Below are positions 8,856 through 17,678 of a DNA stretch of 64,000 nt, piece by piece. The stretch is from positions 37,395 to 101,394 of the IMG/VR virus record IMGVR_UViG_3300028920_000050; one strand, written 5' to 3'. Position numbers and translations under genes: made by a program. This DNA is from a virus. The notes beneath the pieces are model-generated. The model was given only the letters and a program-made list of their open reading frames with translations, searched no databases and was not told the DNA's origin. Each line of letters begins with the position of its first letter. Position 1 is the first letter of the stretch.

Positions 8856-9764
8856 TTAACGCTCTCTTCGCTGATACTCATAATCACGAAGAGCACGTTC
8901 AGTGTAATACCGTCTTTCCATAAGTGTTTTACGTATCCTATAGTATGTAATGCCAGATAGAATACCTAAAGCAACTCCGTAAGTAGGTCTCTTTTGTATA
9001 AACTTAAGACCAGATAAAGCAGAGTTATTAAAATGATATGTAAATCGTTTTGCTCCCCGGAACTGAAATCCCATCTTATTACCTATGGGAACCTTCTTCG
9101 CCAAAGCCTGAGCCATAGTTTTAGTTCTGGTTATTTTCTGTGCTCTTTTTATCTGATTTAGATGTAATGACTGCAGTGGCTTGGCTACCCTGGCTGTCAT
9201 GTTAGATATTCCCTGATGAACTGTTTTCCAAGGTTTAGACTTACGTATTCTATCAAGCTCAAGAACTTTAACAAGATTATTACGGAAGCCACCAAATCCT
9301 GTACCTCTCCTTCCCTTCCGTCCAATACTTACAGCTGCACCATAGATACTACCAACTACCCACAGACTCCTCTCCCTCCTGGTTAAAGCCGCACGCTTGA
9401 ACATATAATCTTCACGTAATTCTGATTTTGTTTTTCCGTGGTATGTCTTTACAGCAGATACTCTCTTTAGTCCCTTAACTGCTTCTGGATTACCTGGAGT
9501 TTCTTTGAAGAAATCTGATTTTGGATTTTTATGAATAAAACCTGACCTGTCCTCTGCTACACTTACAAGATCCTGCTGTTCTTTTGGACGGACAATAGGA
9601 GGTGCATGATCCTCCATTACTGGAGGTTTATTATTTGGAAGCCTGTAGTCACGTTCCCACCTGTGGGATCTCCGCCTGAGTTTGTACCTTAGACCTTTTA
9701 TAAATCTTATTGTTCCCAGCCTGGGTTCTTCTTTCTTTTTTGTTCGCTTCCTACCATTTGACAT
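8856..9764 (-). CDS. Basic 302 aa protein, shared N-terminal motif family
   Basis: PRLGTIRFIKGLRYKLRRRSHRWERDY; two hydrophobic Gly-rich segments. Confidence 0.8.
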   Translation of the reverse strand: MSNGRKRTKKKEEPRLGTIRFIKGLRYKLRRRSHRWERDYRLPNNKPPVMEDHAPPIVRPKEQQDLVSVAEDRSGFIHKNPKSDFFKETPGNPEAVKGLKRVSAVKTYHGKTKSELREDYMFKRAALTRRERSLWVVGSIYGAAVSIGRKGRRGTGFGGFRNNLVKVLELDRIRKSKPWKTVHQGISNMTARVAKPLQSLHLNQIKRAQKITRTKTMAQALAKKVPIGNKMGFQFRGAKRFTYHFNNSALSGLKFIQKRPTYGVALGILSGITYYRIRKTLMERRYYTERALRDYEYQRRER

Positions 9765-9879
9765 ACAGACTCCTTGCTAATGTAAGATCTTACATTCAGT
9801 TAATAAAATGGGGTTCTTCGTGCAGGACAGCGTTATATAATACGGATCGTCTTACTATTATTATAATGTAAAATCTCAA

Positions 9880-10914
9880 TTATTTCAAATTAAATCTCCT
9901 CTTTATAATCGAAGATCCCTCTTTTAGCGTATGAAATCCACCATATACGCTCTGGTAATTTACAATAAAATCAATATACCTGTGCCTAAGCTTCTCATCT
10001 ATGGGCCTGTTCAAGTAGTCATTTATGATAAATGATATATCATCTATGTACCCCACCTCTTTATAGTTAACAGACGGTATCCGATAACCAAGCCCAAGCG
10101 GAGTAACTACCGGCAAATTACTGAAGTACAGTACTTTCTTATTACTGAGTATGGCTTCAGCCAGGGAGGATGAATTGAAAGACACAACTATCTGTGCTTC
10201 TCGTATGTGTGTAAAATGATTTGCATTTTTATTAAACACAACTCGCTTGTCTTTAATAGGCACATAGTCATAAGTGAATCCACGCTTTTTATTATAGGCA
10301 CTTGGATGTGGTTTCACCACCAGAATAAAATCAGTATAAATATTTTTTATTATATTAAATACTGTGCGAACCATATCATTTGCTCTGTAAGGGTGTCCAC
10401 CAACAGATGTAATTGATTTATCTGTTGATTTCTGTAGTGGAAAATAAATAAGGGGTACTTTGTAGTTAGCCAAGGTCCCGTTCTTGTCATTATTATGTGC
10501 TACCCAATGCAGTTCAAACAAACTCACAAGCTTGTTTACTTTATACGGATAATTATTGAATGTCATATCCGTAGTATGACTGTTGAACATAGACATAGGA
10601 GCAAGCAGAGATCCACAATACTTATTATGATCCTGCCTGTCAATAAACTGATTGAACCTGAATGGTGACCTTTCAACAAATAGCATATTTCTGTAAGTAC
10701 TCTTTTTCATCAAGTCTACAAAAGATGATGGTATATTTCCTTTCTGATTGAAGAACTTTTTATAACACAAGTATCTATTCTTCTTCCCCTTATCCTTTAA
10801 ATAAATAGAATAGAAGTCATCAGTTGATACGTGTTCTATTTTTAAACCGAGTGGTTTAAGGTACGTATCAATTATATTGAACTCACAATTATAGATATTA
10901 GAATATACTTTCAT
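9880..10914 (-). CDS. KpsS/KpsC-like capsule-synthesis glycosyltransferase (putative beta-Kdo transferase)
   Basis: IYFPLQxxxDxSI, LVVKPHP and VVSFNSSSLAEAILxxKKV motifs of the Capsule_synth family. Confidence 0.8.
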   Translation of the reverse strand: MKVYSNIYNCEFNIIDTYLKPLGLKIEHVSTDDFYSIYLKDKGKKNRYLCYKKFFNQKGNIPSSFVDLMKKSTYRNMLFVERSPFRFNQFIDRQDHNKYCGSLLAPMSMFNSHTTDMTFNNYPYKVNKLVSLFELHWVAHNNDKNGTLANYKVPLIYFPLQKSTDKSITSVGGHPYRANDMVRTVFNIIKNIYTDFILVVKPHPSAYNKKRGFTYDYVPIKDKRVVFNKNANHFTHIREAQIVVSFNSSSLAEAILSNKKVLYFSNLPVVTPLGLGYRIPSVNYKEVGYIDDISFIINDYLNRPIDEKLRHRYIDFIVNYQSVYGGFHTLKEGSSIIKRRFNLK

Positions 10915-11945
10915 AAGCCTAACTTCTTAACAAGAAAAATCTTAAGATCTTTTCTTGCTGTAAAATTGTTAAAGAAAGACATCTCATTGATTATAAAATA
11001 AACATACTTGTTGTACGCTTCAGTATCTATATCTGTCATAAGATAGTCTCTTATAACCATAGCATTTTCATTTAGAAACCTCCCACCCGCATAATTCCAT
11101 GACGGTACTCGGTATCCTATATCATTACAGTCCACTACAGGCATGTTTGAGAAATATAATATCTTTTTATGAAGAAGTGCTGCTTCTGCTAAAGCAGATG
11201 AATTAAAACTCACAACTACTTTGGCTGCAGTGAGCAGTGCATAGTGTGATATGGAACTTGTAGTTATAACACGATTATCATCAAAATCAAATATATATTT
11301 ATAGTTTCCTCTATGGTACGGATGCTCACGCACTACAATAACAAAATCATTGTACATACGTGCAAACAATTTATAGATGACATTTATCATCTCATTAACA
11401 GGATAGGTCTCTGCTCCTCTGGATCTGAGTGATATATCCTGTGGTAATTGTAGCGGAAGGTAAACAAGGTTTCTTGTTTTTGGTATGTCTCCTGTGTCTT
11501 TATTTAAACCTAACCAGTGCTTCCTGAACCTTGACACAGTAGCATTCATGTCAGCTTTATATGTGAACTTATTGAACTTATGTAAATTACTATAATTCAC
11601 AAAAGAACTTATGTTGGCAAGCATTACTCCGCAGTTCCTGGAATTAATATTATCATCAGTTCCCTGTTTAAAACGAAATGGTGGTTTCTCAATAAAAAGT
11701 AAATGTCTAAAATCATCGAGCCTGAAAATCTCCCTGAAGTGATCGTAGGTCTTTACTTTAGTTCCATGCAGGAAGGTCTTACCCATTACATACATGTTTT
11801 CTTTGTCCTTGGCAGCTCTCCTATACAAATCCTCCCCCGCCGGCGGACGTTCAATGTCAACAGGCAACTTCAGTCTCTTAACATTACGTTCTAAGAGAGT
11901 GGCCTCCTCACTCTCTGAGTATATCATTATAAGCTTTTTCTTCAT
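10911..11945 (-). CDS. KpsS/KpsC-like capsule-synthesis glycosyltransferase, paralog 2
   Basis: VYLPLQLPQDISL, IVVREHP, VVSFNSSALAEAALLHKKI; clearly homologous to the adjacent 344 aa gene. Confidence 0.8.
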   Translation of the reverse strand: MKKKLIMIYSESEEATLLERNVKRLKLPVDIERPPAGEDLYRRAAKDKENMYVMGKTFLHGTKVKTYDHFREIFRLDDFRHLLFIEKPPFRFKQGTDDNINSRNCGVMLANISSFVNYSNLHKFNKFTYKADMNATVSRFRKHWLGLNKDTGDIPKTRNLVYLPLQLPQDISLRSRGAETYPVNEMINVIYKLFARMYNDFVIVVREHPYHRGNYKYIFDFDDNRVITTSSISHYALLTAAKVVVSFNSSALAEAALLHKKILYFSNMPVVDCNDIGYRVPSWNYAGGRFLNENAMVIRDYLMTDIDTEAYNKYVYFIINEMSFFNNFTARKDLKIFLVKKLGL

Positions 11946-12520
11946 TCAGCCACCTGACACACATACAACCTGTACGAATAATGTCTAGGATTAGGATGTC
12001 TCTGATTTATTTCGTATCTCTTTATGAGACCAATCCTGTTAACAAGCTCAAGCATGCTGTCAACAGTTATATTAAAATGTTTATGATAATGATTTCTCAT
12101 CTTAGTTTCATTGTCAGGATGTGAGAATATAACAAGACCACCTGGTTTAACACTGTTCTTAAATAAGAATAAAGTGCTCTCAAGTGATCTATCAAGATGT
12201 TCAATAGTTTCGAGAGAAACAACAGCATCGAAACCACCATTACCTATCCTTCCCTTTACCTTATTTAGATCTACAACATCATAAGCTATGGCTTTACTAT
12301 GATTGAAATGCTTAATAGCGTGACTTATTGCTTCCTTGGAGTTATCAATACCAACAACACTTCTGGCTGTCTCAGCAAGTATTGTGCTTCCGTATCCTAC
12401 TCCACATGCAGCATCAAGTACGTGCATGCCTCTACAAAATGAGCTGGCAATATAATACCTCTCCTTGTGTAGCTTCTCTATTTTTTCAAGTGCTGTTGCA
12501 TCCTGTCTTTCTCTGGCCAT
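11942..12520 (-). CDS. Class I SAM-dependent methyltransferase (glycan-cluster type)
   Basis: HxxRY, VLDAACGVGYG, FDAVVSLETIEHL. Confidence 0.9.
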   Translation of the reverse strand: MARERQDATALEKIEKLHKERYYIASSFCRGMHVLDAACGVGYGSTILAETARSVVGIDNSKEAISHAIKHFNHSKAIAYDVVDLNKVKGRIGNGGFDAVVSLETIEHLDRSLESTLFLFKNSVKPGGLVIFSHPDNETKMRNHYHKHFNITVDSMLELVNRIGLIKRYEINQRHPNPRHYSYRLYVCQVAE

Positions 12521-12521
12521 G

Positions 12522-13535
12522 TTACCTCACTCTCATATCTGCCTTGATCAGATCTCGACCATCATAAAACTTTGTACCAGTAAACGGCTTAAAAGTATAG
12601 TGACCCATGATCTTCATCTTTCCTTTATTCCTGTGTATAAAAGCACGTGTAAGTTTCCTGTCCTCTTCTGTCTCCCCCGGAAGTTTAAACATAAAAGAAG
12701 CGCCTACAGTTAGATTTATACTGTTACAAATATCGACTACTCTCTGATGATTTGCTACTGTAGTTCGTTTATTGAGAAGTTTAAGCATACGGTCACTACC
12801 ACTCTCCGCCCCGAACCTGACACTGCTAAACCCCATTTCCTTCATCATAATAGCAATTTCCTTATCGAAATTACTAGACCGAATAAATCCTCTGAGTGAA
12901 AAGCGTCTATTATAATCACGGAACATCCACATCTCGTGGATTTCCCGCAACCTCTTCTTATTAAATACGAATAAATCATCAAGTATGTATATTTCTTTTG
13001 CTTGAGGTTCTGTTCTTCTTATGAACTCTACCTCATCAATAAAGTAATCGGAGCTGTGAAACCTGACCTTTTTCCAAAAAACAGAACTGCTACAAAAATG
13101 ACAGTCATAGGGACACCCTCTCGCACTGATAATAGGAATAGACTTACCACACTTTCCTCTTATTGGGTATGGTAAATCATCTATGTTATCAATCTGTCCC
13201 GCCAAGGGATTAAATCTGCCATCAATTAAAGATTGAAACGGAAGTTCACCTTCTCCCTTTACAACATAATCAAAGCCTATATTATCGATCTTGGGCCACT
13301 GAGTTCCTTGACCACCTACACACACAGGTATATCTGTACTATTTAATATTTCATAAGCCTCCTTCATTCCGTGGTCATTGGTATACAGTCCTATCAAATC
13401 ACAGTTATTAAGTTTATTCCTATCCTGTACAATGGTTATCTTTGCTCCCTTACTGTAAGCAGCAAGGTAGCCTAAACCTAGAGGGTATTGAGATACTGGT
13501 CTCTCTCCCCCACACATGTACAGTTTTATTTTCAT
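12522..13535 (-). CDS. B12-binding radical SAM protein
   Basis: YPLGLGYLAA, VGG, VVKGEGE, ARGCPYDCHFC (CxxxCxxC), DDLF, FGAESGS, LPGET. Confidence 0.92.
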   Translation of the reverse strand: MKIKLYMCGGERPVSQYPLGLGYLAAYSKGAKITIVQDRNKLNNCDLIGLYTNDHGMKEAYEILNSTDIPVCVGGQGTQWPKIDNIGFDYVVKGEGELPFQSLIDGRFNPLAGQIDNIDDLPYPIRGKCGKSIPIISARGCPYDCHFCSSSVFWKKVRFHSSDYFIDEVEFIRRTEPQAKEIYILDDLFVFNKKRLREIHEMWMFRDYNRRFSLRGFIRSSNFDKEIAIMMKEMGFSSVRFGAESGSDRMLKLLNKRTTVANHQRVVDICNSINLTVGASFMFKLPGETEEDRKLTRAFIHRNKGKMKIMGHYTFKPFTGTKFYDGRDLIKADMRVR

Positions 13536-14017
13536 TTTGTTGCTTTTAGTTCAATGTCACACTCACGGCAATTAATAAGTTCAGTTACCTTAAAACCATT
13601 CACATTAAAAAACTCAACTAAAGATTTAGATGTATAGCCCCAATAATGATAGTAGTTCTCTCCCTTTCTCTGCCACCCAAAAAAAGCAGCCATAGCATGT
13701 TCAAAGTTACTGGCCTTTACAAATGGAGACTTCCCTGGCATGAGTAACTGCTTGGCATGGAACTCAAGATTAGGAACAATAACGTGTATAATACCCTTGG
13801 GCATGAGTACACGTCTCCATTCTTTTAGCGTGATGATAGCTAAGTCAGGAGTTAAATGCTCCAGAAAATGACGAGCATATATCTCCTCAAATGTGTCTGC
13901 TTCTTCAGGAATCTTCCACGCAGGATAGGGATACTCAACGTGTAGTGCTTTAGGATCTATATCAAGGTGCTGGTATCCCTCTCTCGGTTTCTTCCCTGAA
14001 CCTATTTCAAGTTTCAT
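13532..14017 (-). CDS. SAM-dependent methyltransferase (Methyltransf_11-like)
   Basis: LEIGSG, YARHFLEHL, EWRRVLxPxGxxxVxVPN. Confidence 0.88.
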   Translation of the reverse strand: MKLEIGSGKKPREGYQHLDIDPKALHVEYPYPAWKIPEEADTFEEIYARHFLEHLTPDLAIITLKEWRRVLMPKGIIHVIVPNLEFHAKQLLMPGKSPFVKASNFEHAMAAFFGWQRKGENYYHYWGYTSKSLVEFFNVNGFKVTELINCRECDIELKATK

Positions 14018-14289
14018 CCTATTGCTCGTTTAAGTATTTCCTTAGCTTGAGATTTGTTTGCGCAGATGTATTTATCGTTATAACTTTTTCCGTCCCCGAC
14101 CTGCAGACCTTTCTTGTTCATCTTGGGCGGAATGTAACCAGAGACTGTAGCTATAACTCCGTTCTTCGCCTTATCAATGCTGAAGTTACTGTGCTCCATA
14201 GGTCGCTTTGTAACTCTCGGTATCTTTATACTTGGAGAGATTTTACTGATACCTGCCGAAACTCCTCTGCTCATTTTTCTTTTAGCCAT
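14014..14289 (-). CDS. Small basic hypothetical protein
   Basis: 91 aa, AGGAGG SD. Confidence 0.7.
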   Translation of the reverse strand: MAKRKMSRGVSAGISKISPSIKIPRVTKRPMEHSNFSIDKAKNGVIATVSGYIPPKMNKKGLQVGDGKSYNDKYICANKSQAKEILKRAIG

Positions 14290-14310
14290 TTTGTTTTCCT
14301 CCTATTAAAT

Positions 14311-14340
14311 AAGGAGAGCCAAGTTTCCCTGGCTCTCCTT
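14311..14340 (-). terminator. Hairpin / probable terminator
   Basis: AAGGAGAGCC / GGCTCTCCTT stem downstream of the SH3 gene. Confidence 0.5.
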
Positions 14341-14378
14341 TGTGATTAGTACCTTATTATATTTTTATTATTGTAAAA

Positions 14379-14840
14379 TCACTCCAACTGAACATACCCA
14401 GGCACGCAGGTAATCCATCCGGTTGATCCATTTTGGAGTTTAACTTCATACTTTTCTACGGTGTACTCAAGTATTTTAAGTACAGCCCCAGGTAGCATAA
14501 AGCCTATTTTGTTTTTATCATTTTTAGCAGGGGAGCCTCTTATAACACAACCTTCACCATTTATAGTACCGGTCTCACCGGTCTTATCAACGTCAAGGTA
14601 TGTACTATAAACCCACCCCGTCTTACCTATCCACTTACTTCCTTTTTCAACGGTCCCCTTATAATAACCGATCTTCTCACCGACAACTTCAAACTCCTCA
14701 CCGGGAGCGGCGGTCCTGATTAACTCAGCACCATTGTCGGGAGCGTTACGGATATTAATATGCTTCACGATCCGCAGGTTCTCCGTATAAAGGAAGCTTG
14801 TGAATAAAATAAGCACAATGAATGTAGTTATTTTTTTCAT
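14379..14840 (-). CDS. Secreted bacterial SH3-domain protein
   Basis: MKK + hydrophobic signal peptide; INIRNAP...GWV and VIRGSP...GWI SH3b-type motifs. Confidence 0.8.
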   Translation of the reverse strand: MKKITTFIVLILFTSFLYTENLRIVKHINIRNAPDNGAELIRTAAPGEEFEVVGEKIGYYKGTVEKGSKWIGKTGWVYSTYLDVDKTGETGTINGEGCVIRGSPAKNDKNKIGFMLPGAVLKILEYTVEKYEVKLQNGSTGWITCVPGYVQLE

Positions 14841-14986
14841 CTTTTTTTCCTCTTGTTGGATTTTTTATGAGGACTTTTGTATCCACTCGCATGAGCTGCC
14901 CTCTGGATTTGAAGTGCTTTTGCTTTTGTTTTGAAAGGGCCACGTGACCCCCAATACCATCCGTTTGCTTTTTTAACTACCGGCAT
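14837..14986 (-). CDS. Small basic phage protein (49 aa, MPVVKKANGWYWGSRGPFKT...), absent from ORF track
   Basis: Manually translated; TAATG overlap upstream and ATGA overlap downstream. Confidence 0.7.
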   Translation of the reverse strand: MPVVKKANGWYWGSRGPFKTKAKALQIQRAAHASGYKSPHKKSNKRKKR

Positions 14987-15174
14987 TATTTCATTCTCCC
15001 TATGGGTCCTCTCCCTTTTCCCACACCAAGTCCCATTCCTCTCCCCCTACTCCTTATTTTACCTCCGGGGCAACACTCCCATCTGTGATTTTTATTTAAA
15101 CGATATAACTTATTATTAATCCTTTTAGTAGTTCCTACTTTAAGTCTAATATCTTTGTGTTTATTTCTAAGCAT
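14986..15174 (-). CDS. Minimal member of the shared N-terminal motif family (62 aa)
   Basis: LKVGTTKRINNKLYRLNKNHRWE followed by an RG-rich tail. Confidence 0.75.
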   Translation of the reverse strand: MLRNKHKDIRLKVGTTKRINNKLYRLNKNHRWECCPGGKIRSRGRGMGLGVGKGRGPIGRMK

Positions 15175-15186
15175 AACTTCTCCTTA

Positions 15187-16914
15187 CTATTTTACTCTCT
15201 CATATACTGATGTCGGAGCACGAGAAAGCTTTCTACCAAAAGCATCCCTCTCATCTCTCACGACTGTTTGAACTGGACCTCTACGTCTGAAATCATTAAC
15301 TACCAGTTCTTCATTCTTGATCTCTTCTACCTCTCCCATTTCTGGAATATAGGCTGCCCAGGTCATAAGGCTGAGACCATCAAAATAGTCATCGTGTGCA
15401 CCCTTGCGCTCCGGGTGGGCGCAGACAATATATTGATTTTTAGTTTTCTTCTCGATAGTTACTACTTCCTTGGCAAGTTCCTTTACCTCTTTATCTACTC
15501 GTGCTGTTCTACTCCACGGTATCCATACACGTCCGCCCTTCATTTCAACAATAAGGTTCTTGGCAAGTTTACTCTTCATGGGTATGCTGTATACAATGGG
15601 TTCCATCTCCATTTCGTATTCATACTTATTTACAAACCTGTCACCTATGGCATCCCCTACACCAGTACTATCGTATGCCATCTTTATAGGTATTCCACGT
15701 GACTCTCTTATAAAGTCATCAATGACATCACAGATTTCATAAAACTGAGTATCATAGTCTGTTCCTCGCCAAGAATAAATACCTAACACCTGCTTAGGTG
15801 GGGCAATAGTAAGATCTACTCTCAAGTTCCAGTGCTTAGTTCCTATAACAAGTACTGTCTTGTCGTCCTTCTTGGCAAAGTCCAAGCCGAAGTACAGTTC
15901 TGCTCCACGCTTAACTACATGCCACCCAAGTTCAAGCTCTGTTTTCTTGTTCTTGTTAAGCATCTTGTCATCAATAGCCATCCCGCCTTCAAACAGCCAT
16001 TTAAGACAGTAAGACTTCTGGAACTCGTCACTGTCCTCACCAAGTTCTTTCTTCTTTTTATCTATGTACGCTTTATAGTATGGGTTCTCGCGGATACCAT
16101 CTTTGTAGTCAGACACAAAGGTACATCTTTTATATCCCCTCACTTTCTTTCTTCGGGCCTCTCCATTGGTAATAAGCTTCCAGAACTTGTTCTTTGTTTC
16201 TCCCGCCACACCAAAAAAGAACTCAGAAGCGTTCCACGCAGCACCCATAGGTGAAGCATCAGCATCATAACGAGCAGTGTCTATGTCTTGCGCTTCATCA
16301 TATTGAAGTACTTTAAACGTACCAGACTCTACTTTTGCCTGTGGGTGCAGTGAGTACCACTGCATAATAGATCCGTTTGTAAGTTTTATCTTGTCATTTA
16401 TTTTACGCTTGCCTACGTTGATAGCTTTATCAGCCATTATCATCTCAGCATATTCAGTCTCAAGGATCTTATACGTACCTTCCCACACTGCAAGTGCTTG
16501 GTACTCGATGTTAGACATGTGACCTATCCACACACCGTTATTTTTTGGAAAATCAGGATTATAAAACTTAAGAAGTGGTTTGTGTACTGTATGAAAAAGC
16601 TTTGCTATGATTGGAATGAACAGCATAGCTGCGGCATCAAGGGACCTGAACAGCTCAGTCTTACCTCTCTGCCTTGAGAAAGAAATACCAACAGATGCCG
16701 GCTCATCGTTAAGCAGGATCTCAAAGAACCTGTAAGCTATCTTTTTTTGGAGGGGGTAAAGATAAGGAAGTCCACTGAACTGCTCTGTTACCGTGACAAG
16801 TCTGTCACATATCTCTCCAAGATTGAACTTCGTTATTTTAATTCGATCTTTTAAGACATATTGTTCATCATCAGTCAGTGCTTCTTTCATGTCAGCTACA
16901 TCAGATTGCTTCAT
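15187..16914 (-). CDS. terL: Terminase large subunit
   Basis: SRQRGKTE Walker A, YDEAQD Walker B, GLDFAK / DSTGVGD / HDDY RNaseH-like nuclease motifs. Confidence 0.92.
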   Translation of the reverse strand: MKQSDVADMKEALTDDEQYVLKDRIKITKFNLGEICDRLVTVTEQFSGLPYLYPLQKKIAYRFFEILLNDEPASVGISFSRQRGKTELFRSLDAAAMLFIPIIAKLFHTVHKPLLKFYNPDFPKNNGVWIGHMSNIEYQALAVWEGTYKILETEYAEMIMADKAINVGKRKINDKIKLTNGSIMQWYSLHPQAKVESGTFKVLQYDEAQDIDTARYDADASPMGAAWNASEFFFGVAGETKNKFWKLITNGEARRKKVRGYKRCTFVSDYKDGIRENPYYKAYIDKKKKELGEDSDEFQKSYCLKWLFEGGMAIDDKMLNKNKKTELELGWHVVKRGAELYFGLDFAKKDDKTVLVIGTKHWNLRVDLTIAPPKQVLGIYSWRGTDYDTQFYEICDVIDDFIRESRGIPIKMAYDSTGVGDAIGDRFVNKYEYEMEMEPIVYSIPMKSKLAKNLIVEMKGGRVWIPWSRTARVDKEVKELAKEVVTIEKKTKNQYIVCAHPERKGAHDDYFDGLSLMTWAAYIPEMGEVEEIKNEELVVNDFRRRGPVQTVVRDERDAFGRKLSRAPTSVYERVK

Positions 16915-16948
16915 TGAACTTCCTTATCTAAAATGTAATATCTTACAT

Positions 16949-17200
16949 TTATGCCTGGGAGTAGAACTCCATAACGGCAGATGTTACATCAACATGCTCA
17001 TCAACAGGTTTACCTGTATTAAGCTTTTTGTTGACGAAGGCTATTAACCTCATTGTCCCTTTCGGGGGGCCTTTTTTAGCAGGCGCTTTTTTAGTAGCCG
17101 ATTTCTTCTTTACTTTAGCTTTAGGTTTAGCTTTTCCTTTCAGCTTATCCTTAACCTTGGCTACTACACTTTTCTTTTTTTTTGGTTTTGCTTTCGCCAT
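16949..17200 (-). CDS. Histone H1-like K/A/P-rich small protein
   Basis: AKAKPKKKK...AKPKAKVKKKSATKKAPAKK low-complexity basic N-terminus. Confidence 0.7.
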   Translation of the reverse strand: MAKAKPKKKKSVVAKVKDKLKGKAKPKAKVKKKSATKKAPAKKGPPKGTMRLIAFVNKKLNTGKPVDEHVDVTSAVMEFYSQA

Positions 17201-17211
17201 AGCTTTCCTCC

Positions 17212-17508
17212 TTATAGTCTTTTAGTAAGTTCATCAATGCCTTCACTCATACCCACATCAATAAGCTTATCAACAGCAGGGTCAATAGCTCCGGCATTAA
17301 TCCTCTTCTTCAGTCTGTCTGCAAGACGGGGTGCAAGCTCATTTTTGATCTTGCTTTTAATCATGGGCTTACCCCACGTAAGCAGAGCGTAGCCAACACG
17401 TTTAAAAAACCCTTTAAACTTGGCTCTCCATCCAGTTGACCACCGCTCCTTACGAGCGGCTCTGCGTGCTGCACGTGCGGCACGTCTTTCTTCTCTTGAT
17501 CTTCCCAT
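17212..17508 (-). CDS. Small Arg-rich protein
   Basis: REERRAARAARRAARKERW; AGGAGG SD. Confidence 0.7.
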   Translation of the reverse strand: MGRSREERRAARAARRAARKERWSTGWRAKFKGFFKRVGYALLTWGKPMIKSKIKNELAPRLADRLKKRINAGAIDPAVDKLIDVGMSEGIDELTKRL

Positions 17509-17510
17509 AT

Positions 17511-17678
17511 TTATTTCCTCCTAATGGTTAGTCCAGTACTTTCATCTTGTTTATTACCGATAGGTGCAATATGTATACTCCCACATCTAGGACAGCAGGC
17601 TTCACTCATTTTCCTGTCCCACTCGTACCTGCATGATGTACATTTGTATCTTCGTGTTTTCGGATTATATATCGGCAT
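17511..17678 (-). CDS. Zinc-ribbon protein (FmdB-like, 55 aa), absent from ORF track
   Basis: Manual translation MPIYNPKTRRYKCTSC...CCPRCGS; TAATG coupling to upstream gene. Confidence 0.7.
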   Translation of the reverse strand: MPIYNPKTRRYKCTSCRYEWDRKMSEACCPRCGSIHIAPIGNKQDESTGLTIRRK

